Assembly: GCF_006345805.1 (NCBI RefSeq)
Contig: NC_043007.1
Coordinates: 43,028,001 to 43,092,000 of the forward strand
Reading direction: 5' to 3'
DNA: 64,000 nt
Source of the DNA: Octopus sinensis
Lineage: Eukaryota
Below are positions 11,332 to 24,990 of the stretch, piece by piece. Every line of letters begins with the position of its first letter. Within the stretch, counting starts at the first letter, position 1. Both the position numbers and the translations under genes were made by a program. The notes beneath the pieces were generated by a model. The model made no database searches, had not been told where the DNA came from, and worked only from the letters and a program-made list of their open reading frames with translations.

Positions 11332-14156
11332 GTGGTTTCAAATTTTGGCACATGGCCAGCAATTTTAAGGAGGGGATAGCTGACTATGTTGACCTCTATG
11401 CTCAATTGGTACTTATTTTATTGACCCTAGAGAAATAAAAGGCAAAGTTGTCCTCCATTTTACTCTTTTCCAATGAGTTATAGTGTGCCTAACCATTATA
11501 CACAATAAACTCATTATTTTTATAAAACATGACCAGCTTGTCCCCCACCTCCCCAAATGATATATTCCAGATCATATTATTCAACATGTCTGCTTTAAAG
11601 TATTAAGGTCTTTGAAAGAGATTTGGTAGCTATTTCTAGCTGGTGAAGTCGTCACATTGAAATTATGTACCTGTGTACATTTTGTACACAGGTACATACA
11701 CACATTCATATACATACATAAATAAAAGAAAAAATGTTTCCTTCTCGAGCCATGCCAGACTCATAAGGGCTGGTTTACCGGTTTCAGTGACATATATATT
11801 CCCCACCTGTAATCGACTTAATCCCTTTGTCTGTCCTTGTTTGTTCCCTCTATGTTTAGCCCCTTGTGGGCAGTAAAGAAATATATATATTCCCCACCTG
11901 GACAGGATGCCAATCCATTACAGGATTACTCATTTTTGCCAACGGAATAGACTAGATTAATGTGAAATGAAGTGTTTTGCTGAAGAACACAACACATTGC
12001 CCAGTCCAGGAATTGAAACCACAATCTCACAATCATGAGTCCAAATCCCTAACCACTAAGTCATGCGCCTCCACATATACATACATTCATACAAATACAT
12101 ACATACACCACACCTACAGACATACACACATATTCCATCTACCAAATCTTTTGAAATAAACTACTCTGATAAGTGCAGAAGCAGCCACCTTTTGAAAGAA
12201 CAAACGTTATTAACCCTATAAGTACTTTAAGCATTATATTCATTAGAGGAGCTGTCTGTGAGACAGATGTGCTCACATAAAAACACTTAAAAGAATAAGC
12301 TACTTAAAAAAAGGTAAGAGAATGAAGAACTATCTTTTCTCATTTTCTTTTTCGTTCATTAACTCAAACAAAATTTTAAAAAAACTCTCAAAACAATTCC
12401 AGATTCTCAAGTAAGTGTTTAATTCAATAACTCAAGATAAGCAGAAGTGTGTGCATGTGTGAGGTGAGAGTGAAATATGTGTACATTCATCCAGTGTGTC
12501 TGTGCTGAGTAGATAAGGTGTTGAACTACCAGCCTCTGGTTTATGAGCCTCAATCTATTGCAGATGTTTCATTATTTCTAAACAGGAAATGTTATTCTAT
12601 GTATGTTAGTTGACTTCACTGCTGGGTATAAATATAAGACATGTAACCTAACTAGGGAATTTTTTCACTTCACTTTATTCCATAAAACTAGGTGCTGAAT
12701 ACCAGTCTCTTAAGGATCTCTCAAGGCTTAGATGATACTTATATTATATTTTCCAACAAACATTTTTAAGAGCTATTTTTTTTAATCATGAGTTAAAGAT
12801 CTTTCTATTAGCATTGTGTAAAGCAGACACTGGAATATGATGCAGTCCTTGGCCCCAGCAGATCCTGTCAAACTATCCAACCCACGCCAACTTTGATTAT
12901 GTTTGTAGTGTAACAACAGAGTAGTGGAGAAGGTGTAAATCACAATTCAGTAATCAGCTGATTTCAATACCAAGAATTACAGAGCTATGCAAAAATAACT
13001 ATACTAGCATTGACAAAGAGAAATACCAAATACCAAAAAGAAATAAATACAAGGAAATGATACTATCATGGCAACAGATTTTATGATGGTCTATGTCTGT
13101 CTTGTATGTTAATATTTTAGTACAGAACAGAAGCATTTACAGATCTTAAATATTTATTGATAAACATGAAAGCTGCAATTGAGTGATTCATAAGGATGCT
13201 AATTCAGTAAGAAAAAGGTTAGTAATTTGTATCCAATCTTTGGGGCCACAATATAACCCTGACTAAAGCTATACATAACTTTTAATAACCCATCGCCTAC
13301 CTGTTATAAATAGCAGTTTTCCACTCCAAGTAGCAAACAATACTGGTAGTTGTTTTTGTTAGCTTATAGTGCTGAACTCAACTTTTCTCATGAGTATAGA
13401 TCACAGATGAATGGGTTTGCAGGATTGAATTGGGTTCATCAGTGTCCATAAATCCAGTAGGTTTCAGAACATGTACACACAAAAGGTCATGAGATATATT
13501 TGCATTTTTGTCTTTTCAGCTTTAAGGCCATTTGAAGGCACAGTTTCATGGTATTAAGTGGATGAAAGACAAACTTCTCTTTGGATCAAATGAGTTTCTA
13601 TCTCATGTAACATTCCTAAAGCATTTGTTACTTATTCCCAATAGTTATATGAATTAAGGTTCATAGGATTAAATATACAAACAATAGACAACAAAACATC
13701 TGCAGTTGATATGAACTCAAAGAATTTAGATTTGTAGTTCATACAGTATCTTTTCAACTATTTGCTTCTGGGTTATTTAGCTACTATCAAAGAACAACTC
13801 TAGAGTAAAAAAAAAAAATAGTTGAAAAATATCTATTTTTCTGAGAATATTTCTATCAAGCAACGATGCTAAACCCTTCATTTTGTCTTTATATGATTTT
13901 TTTATTTTTATTTTCAGATTAATTAATAATCAAGATGGGAGAAGATCCTTCATGATTGTTATATTGTATACACTTTAGTTGGAATAATAAACAGAAGGGA
14001 GTATCAATATTTATATGCCACAAACACATACTTATAACTGGAAAGGCTTGCTGTCAACTTCACTCTCAATTTATCATGAACTTTTAAATACATATACAAA
14101 CTGGAAAACAGAAATGACCAAAAATAATGCTAAATTAAAAGACTGAGTTAACATAC

Positions 14157-14268
14157 CGCACTGTTTCATCATAGTTTTCTGGCATTACATCACCTAGACT
14201 TCGGTAAATCATGTAACCTACAATAGCTTTACCAGATGGGTTTTGCTTATGAGGTGGAATTGTGCCAA
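14157..14268 (-). CDS. CELSR: CELSR exon, GAIN (FGTIPPHKQNPSGKAIVGYMIYRSLGDVMPENYDETVR)
   Basis: tgtttttcag acceptor, gtatgt donor, 112 nt, phase 1 to 2. IYRSLG resembles the CELSR IYRTLG motif. Confidence 0.92.
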
Positions 14269-14919
14269 CTGAAAAACAAATATCCACTGAGTAAATGCAA
14301 GTATTAACTGTACAGAAAAATTTAGAGACAAATAAAATAAGGGATAAAGTGGAGGTTTATAATGCAACAAAAACAAAATATTAAAAATTTATAAATATAA
14401 AGTAAAATTAAAATATAATAAACTGAGATAAACATGGAATATATATGTATAATTAGATTAAAAGAAAAAATAAAATTGGAAGAAATTTGAAACGCATTAA
14501 CATTTTTGAGATCACACTTGGTTCTAAAATACAAACACCACCTTTAAAGTGATCTAAATTAAAACCTTCCAGAAAAATTCCATGTTAATTTATATTCTAA
14601 ACACCAGCTTAAAAATGACAAAGTTATTTTTCTAAATCTGTCATTATTCTTAAAATTAACTGATGCAAAAACAGTCTATTTTAGCATGAAAGTGATAATC
14701 AAAGAGGCAAACCTTGATTATGTCATATCTTGTAACAAATAAAAATGCAAAATAAATCTTAAGTCTTAAAAAGAATTGGAAAGCGTTAATTTTCAGACAC
14801 ATATTAATTGTAAATATTATAATACAGTAATTTATAAAAATCAATTCTCAGGGAGAAAACTTTGAAAATGAAAACTGTGGGTGCACAATAGAAAAACTAA
14901 AAAATTTGGTTATACATAC

Positions 14920-15066
14920 ACAATTTCCTTTCTGTTATCAAGAGAGAACGAGGTAGCTGAATGTTGGTATCTTTATCAAACATGGCAGTATTTGGTACAA
15001 TATTGTCATACTTAGGAATTTGGATACCAGTGAAGTTTCGTAAATTGATTACATCAACAGCCAGTA
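14920..15066 (-). CDS. CELSR: CELSR exon, GAIN (VLAVDVINLRNFTGIQIPKYDN...QLPRSLLITERKL)
   Basis: gttattttag acceptor, gtatgt donor, 147 nt, phase 1 to 1. Confidence 0.9.
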
Positions 15067-16408
15067 CTAAAATAACAGAAGTAAAATTCCATAAATGCAT
15101 GTGTGTGTGGAGAGAGAGAGAAAGAGAAACTTGTATCAAATGTATTACATATCATCATCCTCTTCATTTTATGTCCATCTTCTATGCTGGCAGGTATTGG
15201 ATAGTTTGACAGGGTCGAATGACTCAAAAGACTGGGTCAAGCTCCAATATTTGCTTTGGCATGGTTCCCATAGCTGGATGCCCTTCCTAATGCCAATCAC
15301 TTCACAGGATGTACTGCGTGCATTTTTCTCATGGCACTGCCACCATATAACTTGCAAAACAACAAAAGACTCCTCAGCTGAGTGAAAGTGTTGTAGAGAG
15401 AGAAGTGGTTTTATGCCAGGTATTGAGAGGCTAACACATGATTAGAGGGACAGGAGCAGGGGGTCTTGCTGTAAAGGAGATACACAGCTCCCCCACATTA
15501 TATAAGGGTGGGTGCCAGCATAGAAAACGGGCATTTAACGATAATGATGATCATGATCATGTGTGTGTGCGCGCACACACACATCAATATACATATATCA
15601 AATGTATGTTCTAGAATCATTTCTTATAACACAGAAAGAAGACATGAAATAAGATGATGATTTTCTCTAGTCATTCTAAAATCAGGTACCAACAATTGGA
15701 CTGCTTTGCTAATGAAGTCTGATACTAGAAAAATATATCGAAGGTTATCACCTTACTGCCAAAATTCAGACTTACGACTTTCTAATTTTAATCACAGTTA
15801 CCTCCCTTACTTTTTAATGTTAATGCCTACTTTACTTACTGCTAAACATCCTTCCTAAAGTCAGCTATGACATTATCTCTTTTAAAGCATGACAATAATA
15901 TTAGCATTATTCAGTCTTTTATCATAATTAATGACAATAACTATATCATAGTATGGCTGAAACTTGCCCAGGTGATTCCATTCCCACTCAATTTTCTTCA
16001 GTTCTATCAGGATTGATAATCTATCTTGATGGTAGTAGTGGTGGTCATGGTGGCAGCAGCAACAACAGAGAATGAGAGAGCCTCAATATGGTCATTTGAA
16101 TAGCAAAAAATAGCAACCAACACACACTACAGGCTTCTTTTCAGTTTCTGTCAACCAAATTCACTCACAAGACTTTGGTCAGCCTGAAGCTATAAAAGAC
16201 ACATGCCCAAGGTGCCACTCAATCATACTGAACCATAAACCACAAGGCTGGGAAGTAAACTTCTTATCTACACAGCCATGCCAGCACCTAATTACATCTA
16301 TGCTCAAATGAAGGGGGAAATCAGTAATTAACAGAACCAAGAATCAATACTTTTATATTAAATTTAGATCAGAACAATTTTTTTTTTCAAAGTTTACATG
16401 AAACTTAC

Positions 16409-16589
16409 CAATATTTTCAGAAACAACTTGGAAAGGCCAAGATTGAGACAAGGACATGCTTGTTGCAAGAGTATGGAGATAGGTCTCAAAGAGAATAGTC
16501 AGTGACATAGTCCCACCATTTCTGTTTAGTCGATTCCATTCAGTTCGGTATTTGCTATTGTATGAGTAACTCAGAGCTGACAACATGTT
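16409..16589 (-). CDS. CELSR: CELSR exon, GAIN (NMLSALSYSYNSKYRTEWNRL...PFQVVSENI)
   Basis: tttgcag acceptor, gtaagt donor, 181 nt, phase 0 to 1. Confidence 0.93.
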
Positions 16590-16858
16590 CTGCAAAGTAG
16601 AATTAAATCAAGATTATTACAAAAATCATCAGTATTACAAATTACACACCCGCCCACCACCACAAATGTTGCTATTACTGTCCTTTTCAACAATACAGTA
16701 TTAAAATATATAAAAGTAATAAATTACTTTAAAAAAAAATCCCATTTATCTAAACATTCTCAATATAATTTTAGAAGAGCTGCTGTTCATATTTATATGG
16801 ACTACCAATAATAATTAAAAAAATGAAAGAAAAAGTCAAAATTAGCTGCTGTTAATAC

Positions 16859-17068
16859 CTTGATAAATTTACGATCTTGTTCACTTGTCAAACTTAAACC
16901 TTCTTGCTTATTTTCATAAAACAAGATCTGGTTTATGGTCCTTAGAATAATACTGATGTCATTTCCATAGAGGTTTTTTGCTGATGCTGCTGACTCTGCT
17001 AACTGAAGCATCAATGTTTTTGATACATAGGTGTTGATTTTCAGAGAACCTCTTTCAATTTGCTGAAT
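16859..17068 (-). CDS. CELSR: CELSR exon, GAIN subdomain A (IQQIERGSLKINT...LYGNDI...YENKQEGLSLTSEQDRKFIK)
   Basis: ttttctccag acceptor, gtatta donor, 210 nt, phase 0 to 0. Confidence 0.94.
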
Positions 17069-18157
17069 CTGGAGAAAAGAATTAGAAGAAACAAAAGAGT
17101 TAAAATGTTTTTTAAAAAATAAAAGGTATGAAGTTCAATTCACAGGATATAAAAGCTTCAGCATTTGGTTTCTTCCAATAAAGCAGAGTTTAATAATTAT
17201 GAATTCAAACCTCATCAGAAGAGGAGAGGCTGGTGAAAAAGCCAAAATGAAGTTCCTCTAAAGGATCTCTGAAGTAATGTTATTCAACAGAGTGTATAGC
17301 TTGGAGATCAGGGATTCTTCCCCATATTGGTTTCAAAATTTAGCTCAACGCCAGCAACTTAGGGGAACTCAGAATGTAAACATGAACAAATGCCACTAAG
17401 CATTTTGCTGTGTGCTTACAATTCTGCCAGCTCATTACTCTCCTACTTCTCCGTATTGAAAGCACAGCACTGGAACTACAAATGATTAAAATGGCAACCA
17501 GCCATTTTAATGGCTCTTAGGAGACCTAAGAGTAGACCAAGAACAAGATGGCTAGATAATATCTGTAGTCTCAAATGACAGTTGCTTTTTATAGGACCCT
17601 ATGGAGGAGATGCCTGAGGACTCTACTCCCACAACACCCACTCCAGAAATAGCGGCAGAGGCACATTAATTTATCAATCAAAATACAAAAATCCCCCATA
17701 CTTTACAACTGGCAAGCATACTGAATAACTAATGTTAAGAAAAACATTGTCATAGAAATATTTGCTCTGATAATTCATATTCTAATGATAGAATTTTCAG
17801 GACCATTCAACTTTAAAGTCACTGAACCATAAAGAATAAAATAATTATCATTTCCTTTATTAATTTCTTCAAAAGATGACTTTTAGCTGGGCATTCTGAT
17901 TCACGCATTACCATCTATTATTGGCATAAAACCAGCAATTTTGGGGGAGGAGTAAGTTGATTACATCAACCCTAGTGTTCAACTGGTACTTATTTTATTG
18001 ATGGCAAAAGAGGTGAAAGACAAAGTTGACCTTGGCAAAATTTCAACTTTGCTTTTCATCTCTTTCAGGTTCAATAAAATAAGTACCAGTTGACTGTCTA
18101 ATATTGATTTTTGACATGAAACCATTGGTAGTCTTAACCTATAGATAAAGTATATAT

Positions 18158-18229
<72 letters not shown>

Positions 18230-18289
18230 ATAGTTGAGAAAAGATTAGAGATCTATACAAATTAAATTTTTATATATAAAAGATGGAGG

Positions 18290-18892
18290 TGGAAATAGCA
18301 CAGAAGTAAATCTAAGACATTTCAATTTTATAAAAATGATTTTAAAAATGATATAAAGAAAATATTACCAGTTTCGATGATGAATCTAATCTCATCAAAT
18401 ATCAGTAAAAATTTATAAAAATTTGAAGTAAAAACAGTTTGTCTTCTGTCTAGGGGTCAAAAACACATCTGGAGATTTTTTATTGAAGTTTTCTTTAAAT
18501 ATAGTTTGATATAGAGTTCAAAGTGTTAGAGAGTAAGAGAGGGGGTGTAGTTGTGTATTGTCTAAAAGAAATCTTTGTGGGTTCCTGCCAAGGGAGTGGC
18601 TTAAAAGCACAAAGATTTCTTTTAGACAATAGACAACTACACCCCCTCTCTTACTCTATAACAAAATATATTTAAAGAAGACTTCAATGAAAAATCTCCA
18701 GACATGTTTTACCCCGCCAGACAGAAGATAAACTATTTTTACTTCAAATTTTTATAAATTCTTACTGATAATTGATAAGATGAGATTCATCATCAAAACT
18801 GGTAATATTTACTTTATATAATTTTTAAAATCATTTTTATTAAATTGCTTCTTATATTGAAATATCTTAGATTTACTTCTGTGCTATTTCCA
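18290..18892. repeat. ~600-bp foldback (long inverted repeat / palindromic MITE-like element)
   Basis: Left arm tggaaatagcacagaagtaaatctaaga...; right arm ...tcttagatttacttctgtgctatttcca. The arms stay complementary up to a loop of about 30 nt near 18580-18608. Confidence 0.95.
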
Positions 18893-19147
18893 TGTCGAAA
18901 TCATTCAATTTACTACTTTATATAAACGCGAAGTAGATAAAACAGGGGACAACTGATGAAGGGATTGCTCTTTATGTTGCCTGTCTCATTTCTCTATTTG
19001 TTTCTTTCGTTGTCCAAAAAAAAGTTCGTTTTCCATGTTTTTGTTGTTTTTTTATGTTCTCATTTTGTTCACTTTTTTTGACGTCCTGTACCCATTTATA
19101 CATGTATATATACATATATGTGTAGGTATGTAAATATATGTATGTAT

Positions 19148-19499
19148 ATCATCATCATCGTTTAACATCCGCTTTCCATGATAGCATGGGTTGGACAATT
19201 TGACTGAGGTCTGGCAAACCAGATGGCTGCACTAGACTCCAATCTGATCTGGCAGAGTTTCTACAGCTGGATGCCCTTCCTAACGCCAACCACTCCAAGA
19301 TTATGGCACGTAAAAAGCACCCACTACACTCACGGAGTGGTTGACGTTAGGAAGGGCATCCAGCTGTAGAAACACTGCCAGACCAGACTGGGCCTGGTGC
19401 AGCCTTCTGGCTTCCCAGACCCCAGTCGAACCGTCTAACCCATGCTAGCATGGAAAACGGACGTTAAACGATGATGATGATGATGATGATGATGATGAT
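19148..19499. repeat. Head-to-head pair of RTE 3'-tail elements forming an imperfect inverted repeat
   Basis: (CAT)n-cgtttaacatccgctttccatg...ctacagctggatgcccttcctaacg on the left; cgttaggaagggcatccagctgtag...catggaaaacggacgttaaacg-(ATG)n on the right. Confidence 0.92.
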
Positions 19500-19669
19500 A
19501 TATATATATATATATATATATATTTGAGTAGAAAAATGAAATATCTTTTTATGGATAATTCGTTTAACCGATACCTGGGTAGCAAATTCACATCAGAAAT
19601 AACACGGTTGAAGTTACGTGCCTAGGGCAGATACTACGTGTTTCCGTGTGGAAATTTGTGTGTATTTTT

Positions 19670-20341
19670 ATTTAAAAAATGACTATTATATATAAATTAT
19701 CAATGAAAATATATAAATGTTTATAAATATTATAATTAAGATCTAAAATAATCATAATTGTTAAGTTTTAAGTTTCTAGTTTGATAATAGAGTTTATTAT
19801 AAGTAAAATTATTATATTATTTATATCTTAAAAATATTGTTTAAATATTTCAATTAACCTGAAGATTGACTGTAACCATAACTCGAATTATTAATTGAAT
19901 TTAAATTATTGTTATTTGAATTGGTACAGCCATGAAACGATCGTAGTGTTTTACTCTTTATCTTTTATTAAACTTTTAATACTTTTGATATTTAATTTTT
20001 AAAAAATAAATAAATAAATAAATAAATAAATTAATTAATTAATTAATAAATAAATAAAATAATATATAAATATAAAAATATACATACATACATATATATA
20101 TATATATATTTGTATATATATATAAAATTTATAAGTTTAAATTATTTAAATAATTTTTTATTTTTAACTTTTATATCTTTAAATTAATTTTATGTATTGG
20201 CTTATGTTTTTCACTGTTTGATTTGCCTAATAGTGGTTTTATCTCTAATTTAATATAATATAATATAATATATTTATACTATAAAATTGGATTTAATCCT
20301 AAATCTAATTTAACCCCAGTAAGTTTGGATTTATTCCCTAA

Positions 20342-20380
<39 letters not shown>

Positions 20381-20385
20381 TAGTA
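19670..20385. repeat. Extremely AT-rich low-complexity tract with (AAAT)n, (AATT)n, (TA)n and (TTA)n
   Basis: Direct reading; G and C are scarce. Confidence 0.85.
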
Positions 20386-21030
20386 TGCTGTTTAGTAGCT
20401 AGTATTTTATCCCTTTAGAGTGGATGAAAAATATAAGCAAGTTAGTCATATATTAGAATAATTAATCAAAGCCAGACAACACCTAATATATGAAGTTTAA
20501 AGTCAGTGCCATTGGTTGATTTGATTAAAGTTGAGACATGCCATTTATCAGCACCAGAAACAGAAGCAGAAGCAGCAACAAAGGATTAGATAGCAACATA
20601 ATCTCTCAATCATTGGATTGTTATAAGACTACAATTTTGTAATAAAACAGCCAGAGTAAAATTTATTTGAAATCATTCAATTTACTACTTTATATAAAAC
20701 AGCTGTAAGGCAACTTAATTATAACTGCAAACACTGAATTAAAACAGAAAACAGTGTTAGATAATTAAAACAGGAACAGAACTTTGGAGGTTACTAATTA
20801 AAGTTAAAGTTTAGACAGTCAAGAAACCTGAGGCCCTACTTTTAAAAAAAACCTGATATAAAGTCAATAATTGCTTTATTATTATTCATATATATTCCAG
20901 TTCTTTCATGTCTTGAGGTTTCTAACCATACCAGAACTTTTTTTTTTTGATGATTTCTATTCTATTTCAGATTTTGAATTTTAACACCATTCTTTTATCA
21001 CATTATATAACATTCATTTCTAATGCATAC

Positions 21031-21125
21031 CTGGTTTTGTATTTTCACGAATTCTTTGCTGGTACAATTGAAAAGGTCTGGAGCAAGCCAGCTTTGTAAT
21101 TTGGTACAGTTGCGTTTAGCATCAC
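21031..21125 (-). CDS. CELSR: CELSR exon, HormR (GDAKRNCTKLQSWLAPDLFNCTSKEFVKIQNQ)
   Basis: ttatttcag acceptor, gtatgc donor, 95 nt, phase 1 to 0. WxxPDLFNCTS motif. Confidence 0.94.
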
Positions 21126-23266
21126 CTGAAATAATAAATTACTCATAATGTAAATTGCTTGCTCTTTCTGAGTTTTTTTTTTTTTTGTTTTGCTTTTGTT
21201 TTTTAACTGATATTCATTGCAAGAGATATTAGCAAGTTAGAAATCAATAAATAAAACATATAGACTTGAGCACAGTTATTCTATTGGTTAATCATCTTCA
21301 TTACTATCATCAACCAATTCTCCAGAGCTTCAATTGGGTGCAACATGCCATGTTCTTCATAATTCAGTTTATACATGATAGAATGTGCAATGAGGTCCTG
21401 AATCACACAAGAAAGTAGGATATCTTATGTGTTTGATCTATAGCATAATCATCCAAATGAAGAGAATACCTTGGCTACTTGGCAGCCACAACTTGCTTCA
21501 GAAACACCCAATCAAAGGAAACAATCTCATAATAATATCAAACATCAACAAATAAAAATAAAATCAGTTTCTTCATAGAAATTTCTTCAGATCTTGATGT
21601 TGCACATAACCGCTAATTTATGAGAGAATCTCCAGTTCACATGTACTAGAGATGAAGTTAAGAAATATAAAAGCAACTATCTAGCTGTAAAACGCTGCCT
21701 CAATAAAAATGAATGCAAAATTGAATGAATGACTAACATACAGAGTGATTAAGGCTGTTATAACAGCATTATAGGCCTTAAGAAGCAAAGCAATGCACTG
21801 GAGCTCCTTATGCAGAACCACAACATACACAAATAAGCTGTCTGCTGTGCCTGAGTCTAAAGACACTGACTGTGGATGTAAAGTTTATCAAAATTCATTA
21901 AATTTACATTAAAACTTTAGTTCCAACATTTTTGATATTGAACAAATTATTAATGGAATTAACTTTAGATTCAGCAACACCTGAACAAAGATACCTGAAT
22001 TATTTCAAATATTCAGCTTTAAAAGCACTGTCTTTTCTAAAATATAAACAATTTGATACGACTATTTCATATCAAATGGGTCATTACTGTTGCTTAGCCC
22101 TGACTGAGCAGACCTATGACACAAGATTTTCCATCCATGATCACTCTGCTTTGTTTCCAGGATAAAGTGTAACTAGGACTACACTATTCAATATCTCCTA
22201 CCTTTTTATATGGTAGGATGTGATTTGAGAGAGATTTGGCTTCTATTTTCTAGCAGATTAAGTGACTTCATAAAAGGCCCCAGCTGCAAAGCTGACAGAT
22301 TCCAACTTGGTCAAATTCTGTTTGGACAAATTCCTGTTAAAATTTCCATACAATCTGCTTAAAGTTGAATATTTTCCCTAACAATAACTTTTAACTTCGG
22401 TTGTAAGGTGGTGATATTACTTGCAGCAAGGAATCACAAATGGTTGAGTGTATGAAGTATTGAATCATTAGAGGAAAACCCCCTTTTTTTTCTCTTGGCT
22501 GATATCTAAGAAAAACAATGAATTGTTCCATCTACTTAACTGACAACAAAGCATTTAAAAAAGTATAAACACTAGGTCTGTGAAAAAACACTGAATTAAC
22601 TGAAAATTGACAAGCAATTTAATACTTTATAGAGTTAAATCAGTCATAGCTAAAATATGGACTAACTGTACAGAAAGTTGTTTGCAATCATACTGTTGAT
22701 AGAAAACGATGCATATAACAAATTGAGATAACACTGCTAAGTTGAAAGTATATAAATTACATATTTTTCATTCATTTGCTCATTCGTTTAATATTCATTT
22801 CCCCTGTTGATACTCTTCCCATCAACAACCCTTACTGGTCTTTTCAAGAAAGGATCTTTGAAAATACAAACCAACTGGTCACAATGTCACCAGAGAATGT
22901 AAACATTGTATTGCTGTTTCAGCTAGTTGGGGATGAATGAAGCTGTGGAATGTGAACATTTGTGCACATATACATATATGTACACACTCGTTCACATACA
23001 TACATGTTCACACACACACACACACACAACATGAACTTCTACACAGTTTCTGCCTACCAAATACACTCACAAAGCATTGGTAGTCCTGAAGTTATAATAG
23101 AAACCAAGTGGGACAGAACCTGAAACCACAGAGTTGCAAAGTGAACTTTTTATCCCACTTTGCTATGCTTGTGTGTGTGTGAAAACAAATAGACAGACAG
23201 GCAGACAGATAGATAAGGCATGCTTGTACCTATGTATATATACATATAAACACACATGCACACACA

Positions 23267-23302
<36 letters not shown>

Positions 23303-23556
23303 ACACACACACACACACACAGTATAAAACAAAGTGAAGATAAATCAAGTGTATTTGGTAAAAAAAATGAATTATTTGTATAGGAAAGTTAAGTGTATGG
23401 AAATGGACATTACAAAATGTATGAATATAAACTTATGTAGGAAGATACTTTAGTGTACATAAAGTTGAAACTGATCTATAAGTTAGGTGCAATATAAGTC
23501 TCATTTGATATGATTTAGGTGTATAAGAAGATTAAGCATAAACAATTTATATATAC

Positions 23557-23658
23557 CGATTGCGCCTGTTGGACAATCTTGAACTGCAATTTCATTGATA
23601 AAAGTGCGATCCCACCACAAACCTTTGGCATAACTTCTAGGGCACACATCATAAACAA
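23557..23658 (-). CDS. CELSR: CELSR exon, HormR (VVYDVCPRSYAKGLWWDRTFINEIAVQDCPTGAI)
   Basis: ttcttgcag acceptor, gtatat donor, 102 nt, phase 1 to 1. Confidence 0.94.
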
Positions 23659-23893
23659 CTGCAAGAAACAGATACACAAATACATTGAAGATTCCAGTAA
23701 GGAAATTATTAGCTAAAAAAACAGAAAATCTATCAAAAGAAGAGAGTGAGAGAGAGTCTGTAAGTAATTCTCTGATGAAATACAATACAGTTGAAATGTT
23801 TTATCAAAAACCTTTGTTGATTACACTTTGGTTGGTTTGGGAAAGTGGATTTGTTTTTTTTTTATAAGATAAACAAAACATCTAAGGATTTCT

Positions 23894-24120
23894 TTAATCC
23901 TTTTGAAACCAACCTGCATAAGACCACCCCTGGGTCTGTGGTACAAACATCTTGTTTTCAAGAGTCTTGAATTAAAATCTTGCACTAGAACTTAGTGTTA
24001 ATTTATGATCTAAACACCAATTAATAATGACAGTTATTTTACTAAATTCTTCATTATTTTCAAAATTAATTGAAGTAATGACAGAGTATTTCAACAGAAA
24101 TATGATAACAAAAGGGTTAA
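23894..24120. mobile_element. piggyBac-type MITE, second family
   Basis: TTAA-tccttttg ... caaaaggg-TTAA. Partial relatives at about 25310 and 37230-37358. Confidence 0.65.
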
Positions 24121-24419
24121 TAGGTAGGAATTCTCAGTTTTCTGGAAGAGGAATATATGTGAAACACTTTCAATTCAGACAACCTTAGATTATTGGTTTC
24201 CCACCTCACAATGACATTGCTTAGCCCCAGGTTAATCTTGATCAAGCAGACCTCTGGTCAAGGGCATTCTAGCCATGACCAATCAGTCTTATTTTCACAC
24301 ATAGCATATCTAAGAGTACATCATTCAATGTATCCTCCCTTTTTTAAGACAGAATTCTCATGAGTGGATTCAAAATATGAGAGTGGGAATAGAGTCAACA
24401 GCATAGATGCAATGGCAAG

Positions 24420-24990
24420 TGGTGTGCTAGGCTTGTTGGAGGTAAACCCATAGTGAAATAGTAAACTATCTGGTACAACTGAATATTGAAGTAAGAGTTA
24501 TGACCACAGAAATGTAGAAGCAAAGGAATTCTGAGTAGGGGATTATAGATCTGAAGAGAGTAGGCTAGGTTGAGGTGAAATGGAGGTAGGAATGAGAATT
24601 GGTTTGTAAAAGAAAGACATAGAGACACCGAGTTAGGCAATAGAGGCAGAGATGTCCAGAAAATTAACAGAAATCATAGAGATGGTGGATGTGATATCTT
24701 GAGCAGGGAAGTGAATTGACAAAAGTGGTGAAAGAGTTGAGTTGTACATGGACAAGGAAGGTAGTGTTGATAAAGTTACTTTTAACAACCATATAGTTCT
24801 GGGGTGGAACCAGTAAAATGCATGAAGATTTGGATCACATATACAACAAACAGGTTGGCATACTTGAGAGCCATCCTGTTTCCCATGACCATCCTAGTAA
24901 TATGCTGGTAGAAATTCTAGTAAACTGGTGAAGCAGTTGAGGTTGAGGGCAGATTCAGTGAAGTGGAATGGTGAGGCAGAGCTTGAGTGT
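24420..24990 (-). mobile_element. Penelope-like element RT remnant
   Basis: Minus-strand translation includes MGNRMALKYANLFV (PLE G.AMG...YANLF-like) and downstream FLDI and YKP-like segments, with multiple stops. Confidence 0.7.

Noticed and set aside
18954-18975. ctgatga as a hammerhead core
   Set aside because: No stem II followed by GAAA downstream.
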